Assembly (NCBI RefSeq): GCF_964204645.1
Contig: NC_134029.1
Coordinates: forward strand, 18,594,950-18,658,949
From: Tubulanus polymorphus
Taxonomy: Eukaryota; Animalia; Nemertea
Direction: 5' to 3'
Length of the DNA stretch: 64,000 nucleotides
Part shown: positions 1-13,325 of the stretch, piece after piece
Position numbering within the stretch: position 1 is the first letter of the stretch
How the letters are laid out: each line of letters opens with the position of its first letter
The notes under the pieces: generated by a model
What the model saw: the letters and a program-made list of their open reading frames with translations, nothing else
Told to the model about the DNA's origin: nothing
Databases searched by the model: none
Position numbers and translations under genes: made by a program

Positions 1-1
1 G

Positions 2-136
2 GTTTCTACCGCGGCGTCCGGGATCGGATTAAGCAAGGTGGCAATTTTTGATCACGCCAAAGATTTATGGAATGTTGTTAAGTCATATTCTTTACTTGGC
101 CTTGATAAATCAGCTCGTCTCATACTAATTGACTGA
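2..136 (+). CDS. Possible terminal coding exon of an upstream gene (partial, product unknown)
   Basis: Frame is open from the window edge for 44 codons (VSTAASGIGLSKVAIFDHAKDLWNVVKSYSLLGLDKSARLILID) to TGA at 134-136. AT-rich sequence follows, with AATAAA near 325. No family recognised. Confidence 0.25.
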   Translation, partial: VSTAASGIGLSKVAIFDHAKDLWNVVKSYSLLGLDKSARLILID

Positions 137-2043
137 AGGAAATCTATCACAGAAATCTCTAATTATAAGAAATCTCTTACTTGGATTTGTTTGACTTTCG
201 TGTGAAAATGTTTCATCCAGAACACTTGTCAGCGGGATGCGTACATTGGGAACGCAAAGAATGGTAGAGCATTGTGTACACAACTAGTTCCAGGACTGGG
301 CGAAGAATGTATTAATGAAAAACGAATAAATTAAATTATTTTTTGTGAATGAATTAACGACTGAATCAGATCATTTAATGTGAATGAATACATTTTTATA
401 ACGTTCTTACAATGATAATCTTCTATTCAAATGAACAACACTACACCATTTCTCTTATATAACGTACACATTTGTAATATGCAAATGAAGGCGCTTAAAG
501 ATAAAACGCCAAAGAGAGATGAACGTCGAATTTTCTATCAAAAATCGATTTATTGCGCCCTAAAGCGAAGCCTCTTTGACACACCCGTGAAAGTTTGTTA
601 CCAAGCCTAAAATTGCAGCATTTAAAAATAAGCAATAAGGACTAAATGAAATATCGATTTGTATGGTAATAAAAAACGTAGATCGTTATTATAATAAACA
701 ATGAAGCATGTTGTTGACAAAGGTTTTTCAGGTTGGATAAGGGGGGGGGGTCTGAATTAGTATTCGCTGATCTTTAAAAAGGGTTTTTGATTCTTAAATA
801 GCGCCTGAAAAATCAGAAGTCCCAGCGCATTTTTAAGTCACTATATTTTGAAATGACATATATCTAGAAAAATCAATATCATATCAAATTATGTATCTTC
901 TACAGTCATATTTGGGTTTAGCCCTCCATAGAGTTCCGAGACGAGGACGACGAGAGGTCCCTTTAGCTTTTATTAGTAAAACCATGTCGTGCCACCCGAT
1001 GATAAATAAATGATTGGGTTAAGAAATCAGCGTTTTCGGTTGCGTGCGCGAAATCCTTGGTTTGCCGGCTGAAAAGATTTCCCCGCGGACGACGAAAGAT
1101 ACAAAGCGATTCGGTCGAAAGATTAACAGCCGAACTTTCGATTGGGCCGATATGCGCGTTAATCACCGAAAACAAATACATCTGAACGCTAGATAAATAT
1201 TGATATATTAATTTCTGCAACAACATGAATCGATTGAATGCAAACGATCACCTGACACGCTATCGATGTTGATCAGATGAACCGATACCCGCCAAGCAGA
1301 CGCTCAATCGAGACATGGTTCTTGTTTAATATCTGACCACTAGAATGACTAATGAGGCGTGCAATTTAATTGACTAGATGCAGGTAATGTTTCGATGAGG
1401 TTGATTTCTTGGTGCTTCCGATATAAGATATGTCGTTTTCCCTGCCGTATAGGATATTTTGAAATTTATCAACCATTTTTGGACGTGTCATAATATGGTG
1501 GCTGCCGATTTGAAAATTATTATTCCAAATTAAAGGGTTGAGAGGCCAAAGAAGAAACTAAAAACACAGCCGCGGTCAGGGAATTGAATCCACGAACCTG
1601 CGATTATTGAGATCAGTACGCAAACGACCGACAATTTACACCACTCAGCCGGACAAGTTAATATACGTTATGATAATAATTGACATTGAAATATTTAGAT
1701 TTAAAACATACTTTTCGAAACGAAGATTTCTTAAATACTACGAACACCGAATGATGATGTGTATAGTGATTACAAAACCAATAAGCGCCTTTAGAATTAA
1801 AATTCCCTTATCATATCGAAACAAAGAAATTTCTAGCTAACACTTCTATTTTCATTATGATTTTGCTATTAGCATTTTTTTCAAATCATATACCACGTTT
1901 CTCGTATCAATCTTAAAGATTAGATTTAGATTAGTTTCGATGAGTTTGATTTTTTCTCGGTGCTTCCGATATAAAATATGTCGTTTTCCCTGCCGTATAG
2001 GATATTTTGAAATTTATCAACCATTTTTGGACGTGTCATATAA

Positions 2044-2344
2044 GCCGCGATCACACGAGCACTTTTGGCCCGGGCCAAATTTAGCCCGGGCTAAACAGGC
2101 TCGGGCACTTCCGGACCAAAAACATCGGACCAGGCCCGAGCCAAATTTTAGCACCAGACAAATGATTGCGTTTGAATTGCAACTGGCACCGGAAATGATC
2201 CACTTGCTTTGTTTGAGCATTGTTTAGTATCGAGTGAATGGTTTGCGTGAAAACGCGCTCTCTAATTAGGCACGGGCCAAATTTGGCCCGAGCCTGATCC
2301 GTTCAAATTTGGCCCGGGCCAAATCGTCTCTGTGTGATCGCAGC
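2044..2344. mobile_element. MITE, PIF/Harbinger (Tourist)-like, family A
   Basis: TIRs gccgcgatcacac...gtgtgatcgcagc, with TAA on both sides. Internal palindromic subrepeats ttggcccgggccaa. Absent from the paralogous site at ~1490. Related copies at 47298-47726 and 53908-54159. Confidence 0.85.
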
Positions 2345-2424
2345 TAATATGGTGGCTGCCGATTTGAAAATTATGATTCCAAATTAAAGGGTTGAGAGTC
2401 CAAAGAAGAAACTAAAAACACTGC

Positions 2425-2511
2425 ATCGGCCAGGGAATTGAATCCACGAACCTGCGATTATTGAGATCAGTACGCAAAGGACCGACAATTTAAACCACTC
2501 AGCCAGACAAG
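2425..2511 (-). mobile_element. tRNA-derived (SINE head or tRNA pseudogene-like) sequence; second copy at ~1568-1657
   Basis: Minus strand has a Pol III A-box-like TGGCTGAGTGG and a B-box-like GGATTCAATTCC. No clean cloverleaf. Confidence 0.45.
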
Positions 2512-4846
2512 TAAATATACGTTATGATAATAATTGCCATTGAAATATCTAGATTTAAAACATTCAAAATGACGATTTCTTAAACAGTACGAACACCGAA
2601 TGATGATGTGTATAGTGATTACAAAACCAATAAGCGCCTTTAGAATTAAAATTCCCTTATCATTTCGAAACAAAGAAATTTCTAGCTAACATTTCTATTT
2701 TCATTATGATTTTGCTATTAGCATTTTTTTATCAAATCATGTACCACGTTTCTCGTTTCAATCTTAAAGTTTGATTTAGATTAGTTTAGTTTATTTGCTT
2801 ACAGTACAGAAAAAAAATTTACAATATATGTGTAGTAAATACATGAATATGTGTATGATGGACAATCCTGTCTATAAATGTCTATAAAATGTCCATAGAT
2901 TACACTACAAATTTAATTAACTTTACCCTTTTAACTTTACACTACTGACATATATTGATGGCGTGATGTTTCCTTAAAACAAACGTGGGCTTGCCTTTTT
3001 TTACAAAATAAACCAGATTTATCAGGGATTATTAGGTTGCTATTAGAATTGATATTGTTGGTTCGATTTGCGCTACTCAATGTGAAACACTATGTCGAGA
3101 GTTGGTTCGATTAAAAATCTTCAACTACACCATTTCAAATCCTTGTTTAATATCCTTAAATCCAATGAAATGTCATTTTTCAAGATGAATCGTTGTTACA
3201 TCAGTGTTTAATCCAGAAGGCCATATCCGTCGCGTGATCTAGCCAAAGTTCTTTACGATTCTGTTCGGAGTGGATTCTTCTCGGACACGACTCCGTAGTA
3301 ATTGATCATTTCAACATCGATTATTTTTATTGACCTTTCTCTGATCCGATTTGACAATCTGATGGAAAATTGATTAGTTATTTCATCACAAAATGTGGTC
3401 GTATTTGACGGCTTAAGAAGCGTAGAATTACATATCATCATTAAAGTTTCGTTTTTTCCAAATTACTCGTCCATGATTATTTCGTGTGTTTTTTTTCGGT
3501 TTGAAAACAGATATAATCAATTTGAATTCGTTAAGATAATTAGTTATTTTCGAGTAAATCTGAACCGTGTGACAATAAATGATGTTTTAGTACTAATTGA
3601 AATGTCGCGAAAGAAAATACAGGAAAAGCGGGTTTCGAATCCACTCGTGATTTTACCTGGGATTACTATTTAGTGACAGGAAAACGTGATAAATGATATC
3701 TTGATTACACGGGAATTCAATTAGATTTTAAACCCGTGTAAGCTTTGTTCATCCGTGTCTGGTCCCATCAATCCAAAGTTCAAATAGTTTGAATTCTCGA
3801 ATCAGTCAAGAGTTCTGGGGCATGATATCTTATCGTGCGTGCATTTTGGAAAAGATCAAAACGATAACTATTCTGAAGAAACAAAAATTAGATATATCAA
3901 GACTAATTATGTGTATAATGGCACATTTCCCATCTCCATGCTTTATTCAATTTTAAGGGCCAACAACCAGTATGCTGGGTGGGGTGGAATTTAATTCAGT
4001 ATTCAGAATGGAAGAGGCCTATTCCCGACCACCTTCACACTAGATTAGACTCGCAAAATTGCTTTGTACCTTAAAGGGTTAAATGAATCAGTAGTATGCG
4101 TTTTGCGGAGATACTTTGATGATTAAAATAGAACTTATAGACATAACGCTACTCGTTCATACTTATTAAATGGATAAATTTAATTAATTTTCAACAAGAA
4201 GAGCTATATTGTGCTATACGTTTGTACGATATTATTTTGCCGTAACAAAAATTGTATCACCGTAACAGTTACAATGACAACATCACTTTAATGTCATTTG
4301 TTGCGGCCAGTAATCGTTTCTATCGCTAATCTTCCCGCAAATTTACTGACCTGAGACAACTGACCACAACTCTTTCCGCGCTACGTAGAGAAAGAACGCA
4401 TTTTCATGTAGCGCGTCATTTTAACGACCAACTCAGCCGTCGAGAAAAACTGATGCAATTGTCTTTTGCGTTGATCCCTGGATTAGCGTGATTGTGTTGA
4501 TAAATCCTACAAGATACTCAAAGATTGATGACAATTTGTGATAATGAATACATGAATTCACAAAAAGGTTCCCTGTCACGGTGATTTATGAAGTACTCCC
4601 GATACAGTTCTCCTACGTACTCGCCGTCTGATAGATTTTGGTCATATTCTGAAGATTGTCCAGGCAGGGCAGAGCCATTTAGGGTCTTCCATTTGATTCT
4701 GATTAGAAAAATAGTCTGCAGCATTATTGGCTTTTATTCAATTTGCCAAAACAGAGATGGGATCCTACCAAATATTCGTGACTGCGACCAAGTTGGTAGA
4801 TCTCCCTGATCTTCCAGCAATTCACTTTTCACCTATTTTCGTCAAC

Positions 4847-5033
4847 AGGCCAACGCAGACGATGCAGGAAACCATGGGAACACAGAAACACGGAATCAGA
4901 CATGTTTGATCTCGGAACGGTTTTTTCCAAAACCATCTCGATTCTCGTAAACACACATACGCCACCATAAAAACGCTCTGAAACATGTTTCTATCTCATT
5001 ATCCGTGTTTCCCTGCGTCTTCTGCGTTGGGCT
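4847..5033. mobile_element. MITE family B (~190 bp)
   Basis: Imperfect TIRs aggccaacgcagacgatgcaggaaac...gtttccctgcgtcttctgcgttgggct. Related copies at ~30751-30897, ~35067-35222, ~37177-37373 and ~53838-54229. Confidence 0.7.
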
Positions 5034-6079
5034 TAAAGCATAAAACGTTTAGTTACTAAAAATCATTTCCGTGAAATCCCAGCTACACGAGAAAATATCA
5101 GGTGACTTAGATAGGCGAAAAGATCTGCGCTGGAAATTTACGAGAAATAATTTTTGTGAATCTATTATTGAACTGAGACCACAGCGGCAGCATAGACCTT
5201 TTAGAGCCCATGAGTAGACTAACCTTTTATCTACAGTTGACACACAGGTTGATTATTTCATCCGATTGAGCGACTGGTGGTGTCTCGAGTAGTGTTTGAA
5301 ACAATGCGCTTTCAATTTTGAATCGAGAAGTTGTGGCTCCCTATACGTATCTTCAATGTAATTCATCTTCTAAAACGCATTCGTTCTTTTTCTAAATTGT
5401 GTCGCGGTGGCGAAATAAAATTACGGCTTATTGTCCGCGAGCAATTTATTCTTTTGTGTTCGTGAAAAGAAAACTCATTCGTTTCGTAAAGTTTTCGCGT
5501 ATTGACCCTGTTTCGCGCGCATAACGTCGAAAATCATGTATAGATAAACTTTTCACACCATCGCCGGAGCAGCTTTTCATTTTTGGCAGTTTACCCCGAG
5601 AGCGTTTGTAATAAAGAAATGGGATTCAAATTGTAATCATTTATCTATCAACGTGGTTATTAACTTAACAGACGCCTGTCACGATGTAAGTGGTTAGTTA
5701 TAGGTTTCGTGGCGACATGTTTCATTGTGCATTATTGGCGGTTTCGAAACGTAAATAAATCTATAATTTTTGAAAAGTTGACCCACCAGGCGACCCGTAG
5801 CGCAATGTCCACATCGTTTCTTTTGATGTTTCAGATATTTGACCTTTGTTGTTTTTTACCTCAAGTCAGGGTAACTGGCGTAGGCCATTTACTTGGAAGA
5901 TCGTGTGCAGATTTTGGTCGGTTGAAAATAGCGTAAAGATCTGCGATTGTGATAGCCACATTGATTCTGACTGAAGTTTGTCGCCGATCAAGTTTATCGG
6001 CTCCGGGATCTAAAAGATCTTAACACGTTGTACGCAAATTGAATATCTAATTTGATCATCTACCGATAAGAATTGAATT

Positions 6080-6385
6080 CAGGCCCGTGCCGAGGGGGGG
6101 GGGGGGCGTTCGAGGTTAGCGAACGAACCCCCTAAAGTGCCCTTCAAAAAGCCAGTGCCAAGAGATTTGGGTCAAGATTTTTCGAAATTTGAATACAATT
6201 TTCATAGCTTTTTTTTCTGGAAAATGAAAAGTTACCCATTCTCAAATGATTTATTCAGGTGTACCCGGGAACTTCATATTTAAGATCTGACCCTTTTTCA
6301 ATATGAAATGGGCCCTTTCTTACAGTGAAATGTGCCCTTTTTCTTGAAATAGAACTGACCCTTAAAGAAGCTCGGCACGGGCCTG
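6080..6385. mobile_element. Non-autonomous DNA transposon with 15-bp perfect TIRs (hAT-like CAGG ends)
   Basis: caggcccgtgccgag at 6080 and ctcggcacgggcctg ending at 6385. Internal poly-G and repeated (g/a)cccttt motifs. No clean TSD. Confidence 0.7.
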
Positions 6386-7113
6386 AAATTCATCGAAGGA
6401 GACTTTAAAATACATATCAATCGGCACGTTAAACATTCACTGCTGCAGTTAGGAAGATGGTTAATGTGTTAGGGTAATCAGTTAATCAGTTAAAGAAATT
6501 TTCAGACGGACCAACGCACACAGAAATTTGACTATGACATGTGTAGGATTGAGTCGTAAGTTGAGAAGATACACATCTTTCGTGAAATATGAAGACATAA
6601 AAAATAAAAAAAAGTCCAGAAAAATCCAAAAAGTACAGAAAAAGATGATGGCTGTGAGCATATAAACGAAAAGTTGCTCAAAAAAAGGAAACATTTACTA
6701 CAAGAACTAAGGCTCTTTTTCTGGACATATTGTGGGATTTGTTTTCATTTTTACGTATCTCGAGTTGTACTGGATCAAATTTCTTCAATTTAGTACGTCC
6801 TAATCGGCAGTTCACTGCCGATATCTTTGGCGTAGTAAATTTGCTGCCGCTGTTCGAGAAAAAAAACAGCTACAGAACGAATGAATAATTTCGAATAGAT
6901 TCTTTCAAATGATTTTTACAGAATAGAATATCTAAGCGAAAAAATGATATATGTTGAAATTCTGTGGGTTTTGTGGATTCAATTGATATGAAAAATTGAT
7001 TAGAACTAAAAACAATATTTTGGAATTGTCTTAAAAAGTATACGTTTTCAACAACACTTACTTGATTTTTCCAACTATATGAGAGAAGTAACTTCGTTTA
7101 TTCACCGAGCACA

Positions 7114-7119
7114 TTTATT
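7114..7119 (-). terminator. Candidate FoxB polyadenylation signal
   Basis: AATAAA on the minus strand about 110 nt downstream of the FoxB stop. Confidence 0.4.
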
Positions 7120-7226
7120 AGTTTTAAATAATGAGTGTACACTAGGAACACACACACTATAGGAATAAATTAATTCGATATTAACGATTATTATCATATC
7201 ATATTTAGATAAGGTTTTTTAAGTTT

Positions 7227-8222
7227 CTACGACGAGTTTGTCGCCGTGTTTGTTTCCTGATGTTTTGTTGGCGGCGATTCCCGTAAGGCGGATACGGTGG
7301 AACAGTTCGCGTACATGCTCCCGGCCCGTGAAATACATACTCCGTGTAGTCCCATCGGAAGACCGGCCTCGCCGCTTACAACCAACGACATCGGGGGCAT
7401 AGCAGATATCGGCGACGGTTTTATCGGCAATGGGGCAGTGATGCCGGGTAAAAATGTCCTCATATGTCCCAAACTGACTTCGTTTTTCAAGGCGGATATG
7501 GCGGAAATGTCACTACTCCACGATGGAGCCAGAGCCGGGTTGCCGACGTGCGATGATAGCGTATGGATATTGGACCCGGCAAACGTAGGAATCGCTGCCG
7601 GAATTATCGGGCTGAACGACGAACCCGACGACGACTTAAAATCCGGGGCGATAATGTTCTCAATCGTGAAGGCTTGCTTGTTAGCGTTAGAAGGTCTGGT
7701 CGATGGTACAGTACCCGCCACCGGGTATTGCGGTATTTTACTCGGAATATGCGCCGGATGAAACTGTCCGCTGTTCCCACTACCGAAATTCTGCATTCTT
7801 AGTTTCTGCTGTTGCAAGTAAAGCGCCGACTGGTCGAGGATTTCTTGCGCTTTTCCGAACTGTTCGGCGAAACATTTCGGCGATGAACGCAGTTTGAATC
7901 GCTTTCGTCGCCGCAAGAAACTCCCGTTTTCGAACATATCCCCGCAATACGGATGTAACGCCCAGTAGCTTCCCTTGCCCGGGCGGTCCGGTCGCCGAGG
8001 AATCTTGATAAAACAGTCGTTGAATGATAAATTATGACGCAACGAATTCTGCCATCTTTGCGTATTTTGACGATAGAACGGAAATCTGTCCATGATGAAT
8101 TTGTAAATGTCGTTCAACGGTAACATTTTTTCGGTTGATGATTGAATCGCCATGGCGGTCAAAGCGATATAGGAATACGGTGGTTTTTGGTCGCTGTACG
8201 TGTTTCTACCCGGCCGTGGCAT
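7227..8222 (-). CDS. FoxB: Forkhead box protein B (FoxB), single exon, 331 aa
   Basis: ATG at 8222 gives the FoxB-diagnostic N-terminus [19 protein letters not shown]. Complete forkhead domain ([31 protein letters not shown]...[14 protein letters not shown]). Eh1 Groucho-binding motif FTIENII at 7670-7650. Confidence 0.97.
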   Translation of the reverse strand: MPRPGRNTYSDQKPPYSYIALTAMAIQSSTEKMLPLNDIYKFIMDRFPFYRQNTQRWQNSLRHNLSFNDCFIKIPRRPDRPGKGSYWALHPYCGDMFENGSFLRRRKRFKLRSSPKCFAEQFGKAQEILDQSALYLQQQKLRMQNFGSGNSGQFHPAHIPSKIPQYPVAGTVPSTRPSNANKQAFTIENIIAPDFKSSSGSSFSPIIPAAIPTFAGSNIHTLSSHVGNPALAPSWSSDISAISALKNEVSLGHMRTFLPGITAPLPIKPSPISAMPPMSLVVSGEAGLPMGLHGVCISRAGSMYANCSTVSALRESPPTKHQETNTATNSS

Positions 8223-8637
8223 CGTGCTCGATATTCTTACAGTGTCCAACAAGTGTCAAAAATACGCTAATAATATATTACGCAAATCGTGTTGAGCTTT
8301 TCTGAATTCGGATGCGGGCAAAAAATGTTCTGTGTTAACTCCGAAAATTTAGTAATCGGTTTTTCCTTCAAATTAGAAAAAAGTCCACTTAACTGAAGCA
8401 ACAGAAGCCTAATTTCCCTTATGCACTTGGTAGAAAATGATTTCACCTTTCGTTCTTGTGGCTTCGATTGGACCAGGCTCCACTATGTTAACGCCTGTGA
8501 CTGCTCTCCAACACTGACGCCAAATTCAGCAAATATTCCCAGTTTTAACAGCAGTTCTCATAATCACAGTTACACTTAATCAACTACACAAACCACACAA
8601 AACCGAACGCACTTGACAGCGCCGTCGTGAACTCCTT

Positions 8638-8676
8638 CCAATGACGTCAGTTGGTCTACACGGCTAGGGGAGGGGC
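8638..8676. promoter_or_regulatory. Candidate FoxB proximal promoter elements (CCAAT, CRE, GC-like box)
   Basis: CCAAT (8638-8642) overlaps a perfect palindromic CRE TGACGTCA (8642-8649), followed by GGGGAGGGG. About 420 nt upstream of the ATG. Confidence 0.5.
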
Positions 8677-11600
8677 TTCCTGAGGGAAGCGCGACCATTA
8701 ATGCCGATCCGGTAAACTATTAATGACATCTTTGACAAGAATTGTGAAGTGTTTTCAATGTCGTACTAAAGTGTTATTGAATTAGCTGACAAGAGTTAGC
8801 AAGTTTTCAAACCACATGCGTGCAAAAACGCATAAAAACCTACTCGAAATAATCATCTCGTAAGCAGATGACCAGAATCGCGAAGCAGCCAATCAGCCGT
8901 TTTCGGCAATTTATTTCAGCAACTCCGCTCGATTAAAAAGAATAATTATTCTGCGAACTATACGCATCGACGGCCTTAATCAAATTTCAAAACCCGAACA
9001 TTCATTAGATATCAAAATCATCGTCCTTGTGGTGTGCTATAATAACCTGTCTCTTACTCACCATTCGTTGCAGTTCTATTATCTAATATTAACCGCACAA
9101 GGTTATTTTGTGGAATAAACGTTTATATCATCAACTGTGGGTTCAACTTAAAAAAACTCAGAATATATTGGTATACCAGTCGACTCGATTCATCTCTTGT
9201 TGACCATACTTAAGTTGCCAAAGTAAATTATGTGAATTATGATATCGTATAACGTTACCTCTTGTATATACATTTTCCCGATTAAGATCTTGATTTCATT
9301 TGAAAAATTCATAATAGATTTTGCCCTCTGTCTGCGTATATTCACATTCACGCCTTATGAAAACAATTTCTTACAGATATTTAGTCGGCAGTTGGCAAAA
9401 TATTTTTGGGTCGGTTGCTCCGAACAAGCCACCATATGTCCCCAAAAACAGAGCTGTTACTTTAAGAACGTCGGGCCTCGCCGTTCGCAAAAAAACGTGC
9501 ACAAAGGGTTTACGGGGCGAATTTCCCGATTCTCAATTCGTCTGTGAAAAATTTATATTTCCGATAGTGAAGTAACCATGCGGCAAAGTCAACGTTTGTA
9601 AACCTAACACAAAAGAAATCAATTACAGATTTGAAATCATGGTTCCCGTACACGAAAGATTATGTGGCCGAGTTCTTTTTTTCGGGGAGTTTCAACGGCA
9701 CCTCGGAACCGAATATTATTTTCATTCTGTATACCCTCGAAAAGAATAACGCGATCTGATTGTTAGTGCGCGGCATTGTGCGCGCTACACAGGCTCACAT
9801 TTCGGTTCCTCCCTTTACTCGGCGGGGATTAATAAATTTCATTAAACATAACCGATCTAGCCATCAGAAGCCACTTGCGCGCGGCGACAGAGACTATTGT
9901 CGCCAATAGGCCGAGAATAATGGAATAACTAACATTGACATGTCGATATCATAGAGACAATCTTCAACGATGCCTTTAATCCCGAATTCGAGTTCGTCTG
10001 ATCTGCGAACCGTAATTATTCTTTTCCTATTCTATTCGCTATCTTTTCTTGAAAATCAAACGAAGCGAATGCGAATGGGTGAGATATTCACGAAATGAAC
10101 TTCATTCAATCCTATTTCGCTTTGCTTTGATGAATTATTGCTTTTTTTATCGCCGAAAAGCGATGTTCGAGTACTTTTCGAAAACCTGTGAATCTAAGTA
10201 AATCATCCGGTTTCTTAGTGTAGTGAATTATTCAAAGTTGTCAGAAATGAAGAAATACGTTTCTCAAATTGCTATTCATTGAAATATCGCTTCTTGCTTT
10301 AAGACGAATAGCTTTTTTCGACTGCAATGTTTTTGGCTTTTGAAAAGCTGAGCACATTAAGGCCCTAATGTTGTGAAATGCGAACAATAACCCATCAATC
10401 TGACGACGCTTCGATCGGTTTTCTATAATAAGCCAGTAGCTTGTAATTTCCAAAACAAGACATTCAGATCTTAGAATATAAACAACCGTACGAACGACTA
10501 CATCGAGATAGTGGTATTCATCTTTATTGCCAAGATCCGCACTTAGATATACAAAAGCGGTTAAAACGCGTATACGTCGTTTAGCAGGCGTAAATGAAAA
10601 GAGCCATACAAATACACTATATATGATGTTATTATTCATTATTCTAAAATGAGCTCATATAAATTCAACTATCCTTTTAAAAGCGTATTCGGTCGTCGTC
10701 AGACGCGAGAATAAAACTTTAGCCCAGGACAAATAAAACAACTTAATGTACATACGATGTGTATGCGGCTGTTTACATTAAAACTTCTAATATTTGTTTA
10801 GGTCATTAATCTGACTTATAAACGATGAAAGAAGACGCATTTATCACCGGACATAAACTCGCTGAAGACACTTGATTTAGGGCCTTTACGTCGCGACAGC
10901 GCTATTCATCTTAGCCCGGTTAAAGTTTCGGTTCGGCGCGTTCTAAAAAGGTGTTTTCCTCACGCAAAGACTTATTGCGAGCTGTTATTTCTTAATGGCT
11001 TCGGCAATAAATTCTCGACAATCAAAATCACACGTTAATGACAAATTTGAACGCTCGATAAAGTAAAACCACGATTTTCGTAACTTATCAAGCTTTATAA
11101 ACTTCGTTTTTCGATCTATTTTTTGCTATTATACATAAATAGTTTTATGTGTTGTTTATTTCTATTTCACAACCATTAACCAGTTTTAATAGCGGTGTGA
11201 ATTGATAGTGTTTGCTTCGCTTTGGCTTTGAGATAGATGGGTATATAAAAATCCAATTGTCTTCGTATCCTGAAAGTTATTTGTTCTACGGCGTTAATAA
11301 CGGTGTGAAAATAGCGTACGTCTATCAGTTGAAGTTTGTTTTAAATCCAAAGAAAATGGTGTTTTTTAAAAGTTTTTTTGATGGAATTTCCGGGCTTTGT
11401 TCGCAACGCGCATACGTTCAAATTCATTTTATGAGTATAAACGCGGCAAGATATTTTTCTCTGAATCTAGATTTTGGCCGAATACAGTTTAACGTGACTC
11501 ATATCAATATTAAATTTCGGTTCGAAAACGTCAGTCTAACGGAAATCACGGCTAATTTCCTTGGCTACGGTGAACAAAACTGTACAAAAAGCGTTTTTAT

Positions 11601-13169
11601 TTTGTCATAGAACAATCGTAGGAATAGTTGTGTAACTGCATCGCGTCGAGCTATCCGTCAGCGATGGAGTAATCAAATTTCAGAATGATTACTCTTAATC
11701 GATGAACAAAACATAATTTGATATAGTAAAACAGTCTTTCCGTCGTGTTCGCGTGTAACAATCTAACTCGAGTTCATCCCGCACGTGCGCACTTGCGGAA
11801 ACGGGGGTATCAACCTTAAACAATTATACGCGGCGGGCACCACGCCTTGGACGCGAACACGAAACGCCGAAACTCTCGGTGTCATTCGAATCGGAAATTC
11901 CCGCCTGGCAATATCCGCAAGATACAACCGCGTTCAGTTCTTTATTATCAATTCACGTTTACGGCGTCGCGATACCGCTGCAACATCGTCCGCCCGCCGG
12001 CGCGCGGAAACCAACCGAGTTTTATGCAACCCGACATCATCGGCAATAATGTTATTCGCCGCGATGAAAATTAATTATTAACTATCCACGGCCGCAGCAG
12101 CAGCGGCAGAAGTCCCTCGAACGATGATGAAACTAAACGCGGTATTATTATTACTCTTGCGCCACGGATAATAACGTTAGTTTATATACGTCTAAATGAC
12201 ATTAGAAAAAGCCGGTTAACTCGCGTATTATTGTCACATTCTGTAACCGCACTCGTGTGTTTGCAATTTGCTTCGCATGTAATATTTCATTTAAGGCTAA
12301 TATTGAGCTAGCTCAATGTGTCATAATTTTACGTGTCGCTCTGCAAATTGAGTTTGATTAACGTAAGTTAAGTGCGGTGTTGATTGCTGTACGGCTATAT
12401 TATTGAATAGTAACGTTATGTAAAAAAATGTTTTCGTGCATTATCATTTTTTGTTTCTACGATATTTTATTCATGAATGCAGTTACCAAGTATTAGAAAA
12501 CAAAATTCATCTTTTTTTTGGTATGATACAAATGAACGAAAATAGCTTCTATGCTCAGAAATACTGTGTAGTATAATTTTAAGAATGGTCTATATTTTAA
12601 CTAACCATCGTATCTGTAAAAATTGATTTTTCAGAAATTACATTCGAAATTCGCTAAATGATTTGTAGCTCAAATGGCATAGATATTTGTGTCATTTGAA
12701 CTTCATATTCGGCCAGAATGGAACGCAAGGCCTTATTATCATATGCTGCTATTGGTTTTAGTCAAGCCAAAAGAATTATCCAAATTTAGGGGGCCAAAGT
12801 TGTGCGTCGGTTAGTGAAACGGTTTTTCTAAATTTCACCAGATACGTCACCTCAGCCTGTTAGATTCGCTAGTTAGTGAAAAAGAAAACTGTATGCTTCT
12901 GTAGATACGTCTCTCAAGAAATACTGTGTAAAATGACCATTATTTTTTTTCCGTAAATCCCTCTTCCATATTTCAGATAGGTTCGAAGCCTATATACATG
13001 GATAATATTTTTGCCATTTTTTTCTGCTTAAGACCAAATAGCGACATCTTCGTTTAAATTCATTAAGTTTCTAAGGCGATTTTTTGTGTAACCCATTCGA
13101 TTCCTTGTACAGAAATCTATCAACGTTTTTGATAATATCTATCAACGTTTGTGACACACGTCACGCATA

Positions 13170-13325
13170 GTCCCTGTTCTTCGATTTCCGATTTCAAAAT
13201 CAAACCGTTGTTTCGTTCCCGGCAGGTGCGATGAGTTTGTAAGGGACACCGAATCAAAACAAATCAAACAAAAACTATATACCGATCAAATAAACAACAG
13301 GGACAATCCCTATTTCAAGATAAGA
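13170..13325. repeat. Dispersed repeat; second copy at ~39250-39392
   Basis: ttcgatttccgatttcaaaatcaaacc...gtttcg.tcccggca...aaatcaaac...aacaggga..atccctatttcaagat is shared by both loci. Confidence 0.75.

Larger units (their letters stand above)
1390..2790. repeat. Tandem duplication of a ~545-bp unit; copy 2 carries a MITE insertion
   Basis: ~1390-1935 (ttcgatgagg...gattagatttagattag) recurs almost identically at ~1936-2790, apart from a ~300-bp insert at 2044-2344. Confidence 0.92.

Noticed and set aside
7297-7897. Plus-strand ORFs overlapping FoxB; likewise 17088-18126 over the DUF229 gene and 57275-58175 over Nav2
   Set aside because: Antisense shadows of real coding sequence with no recognisable motifs.
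8223-8252. N-terminal extension [10 protein letters not shown] in the FoxB ORF call
   Set aside because: It begins at a TTG; the conserved FoxB start is the ATG at 8222 (MPRPG).
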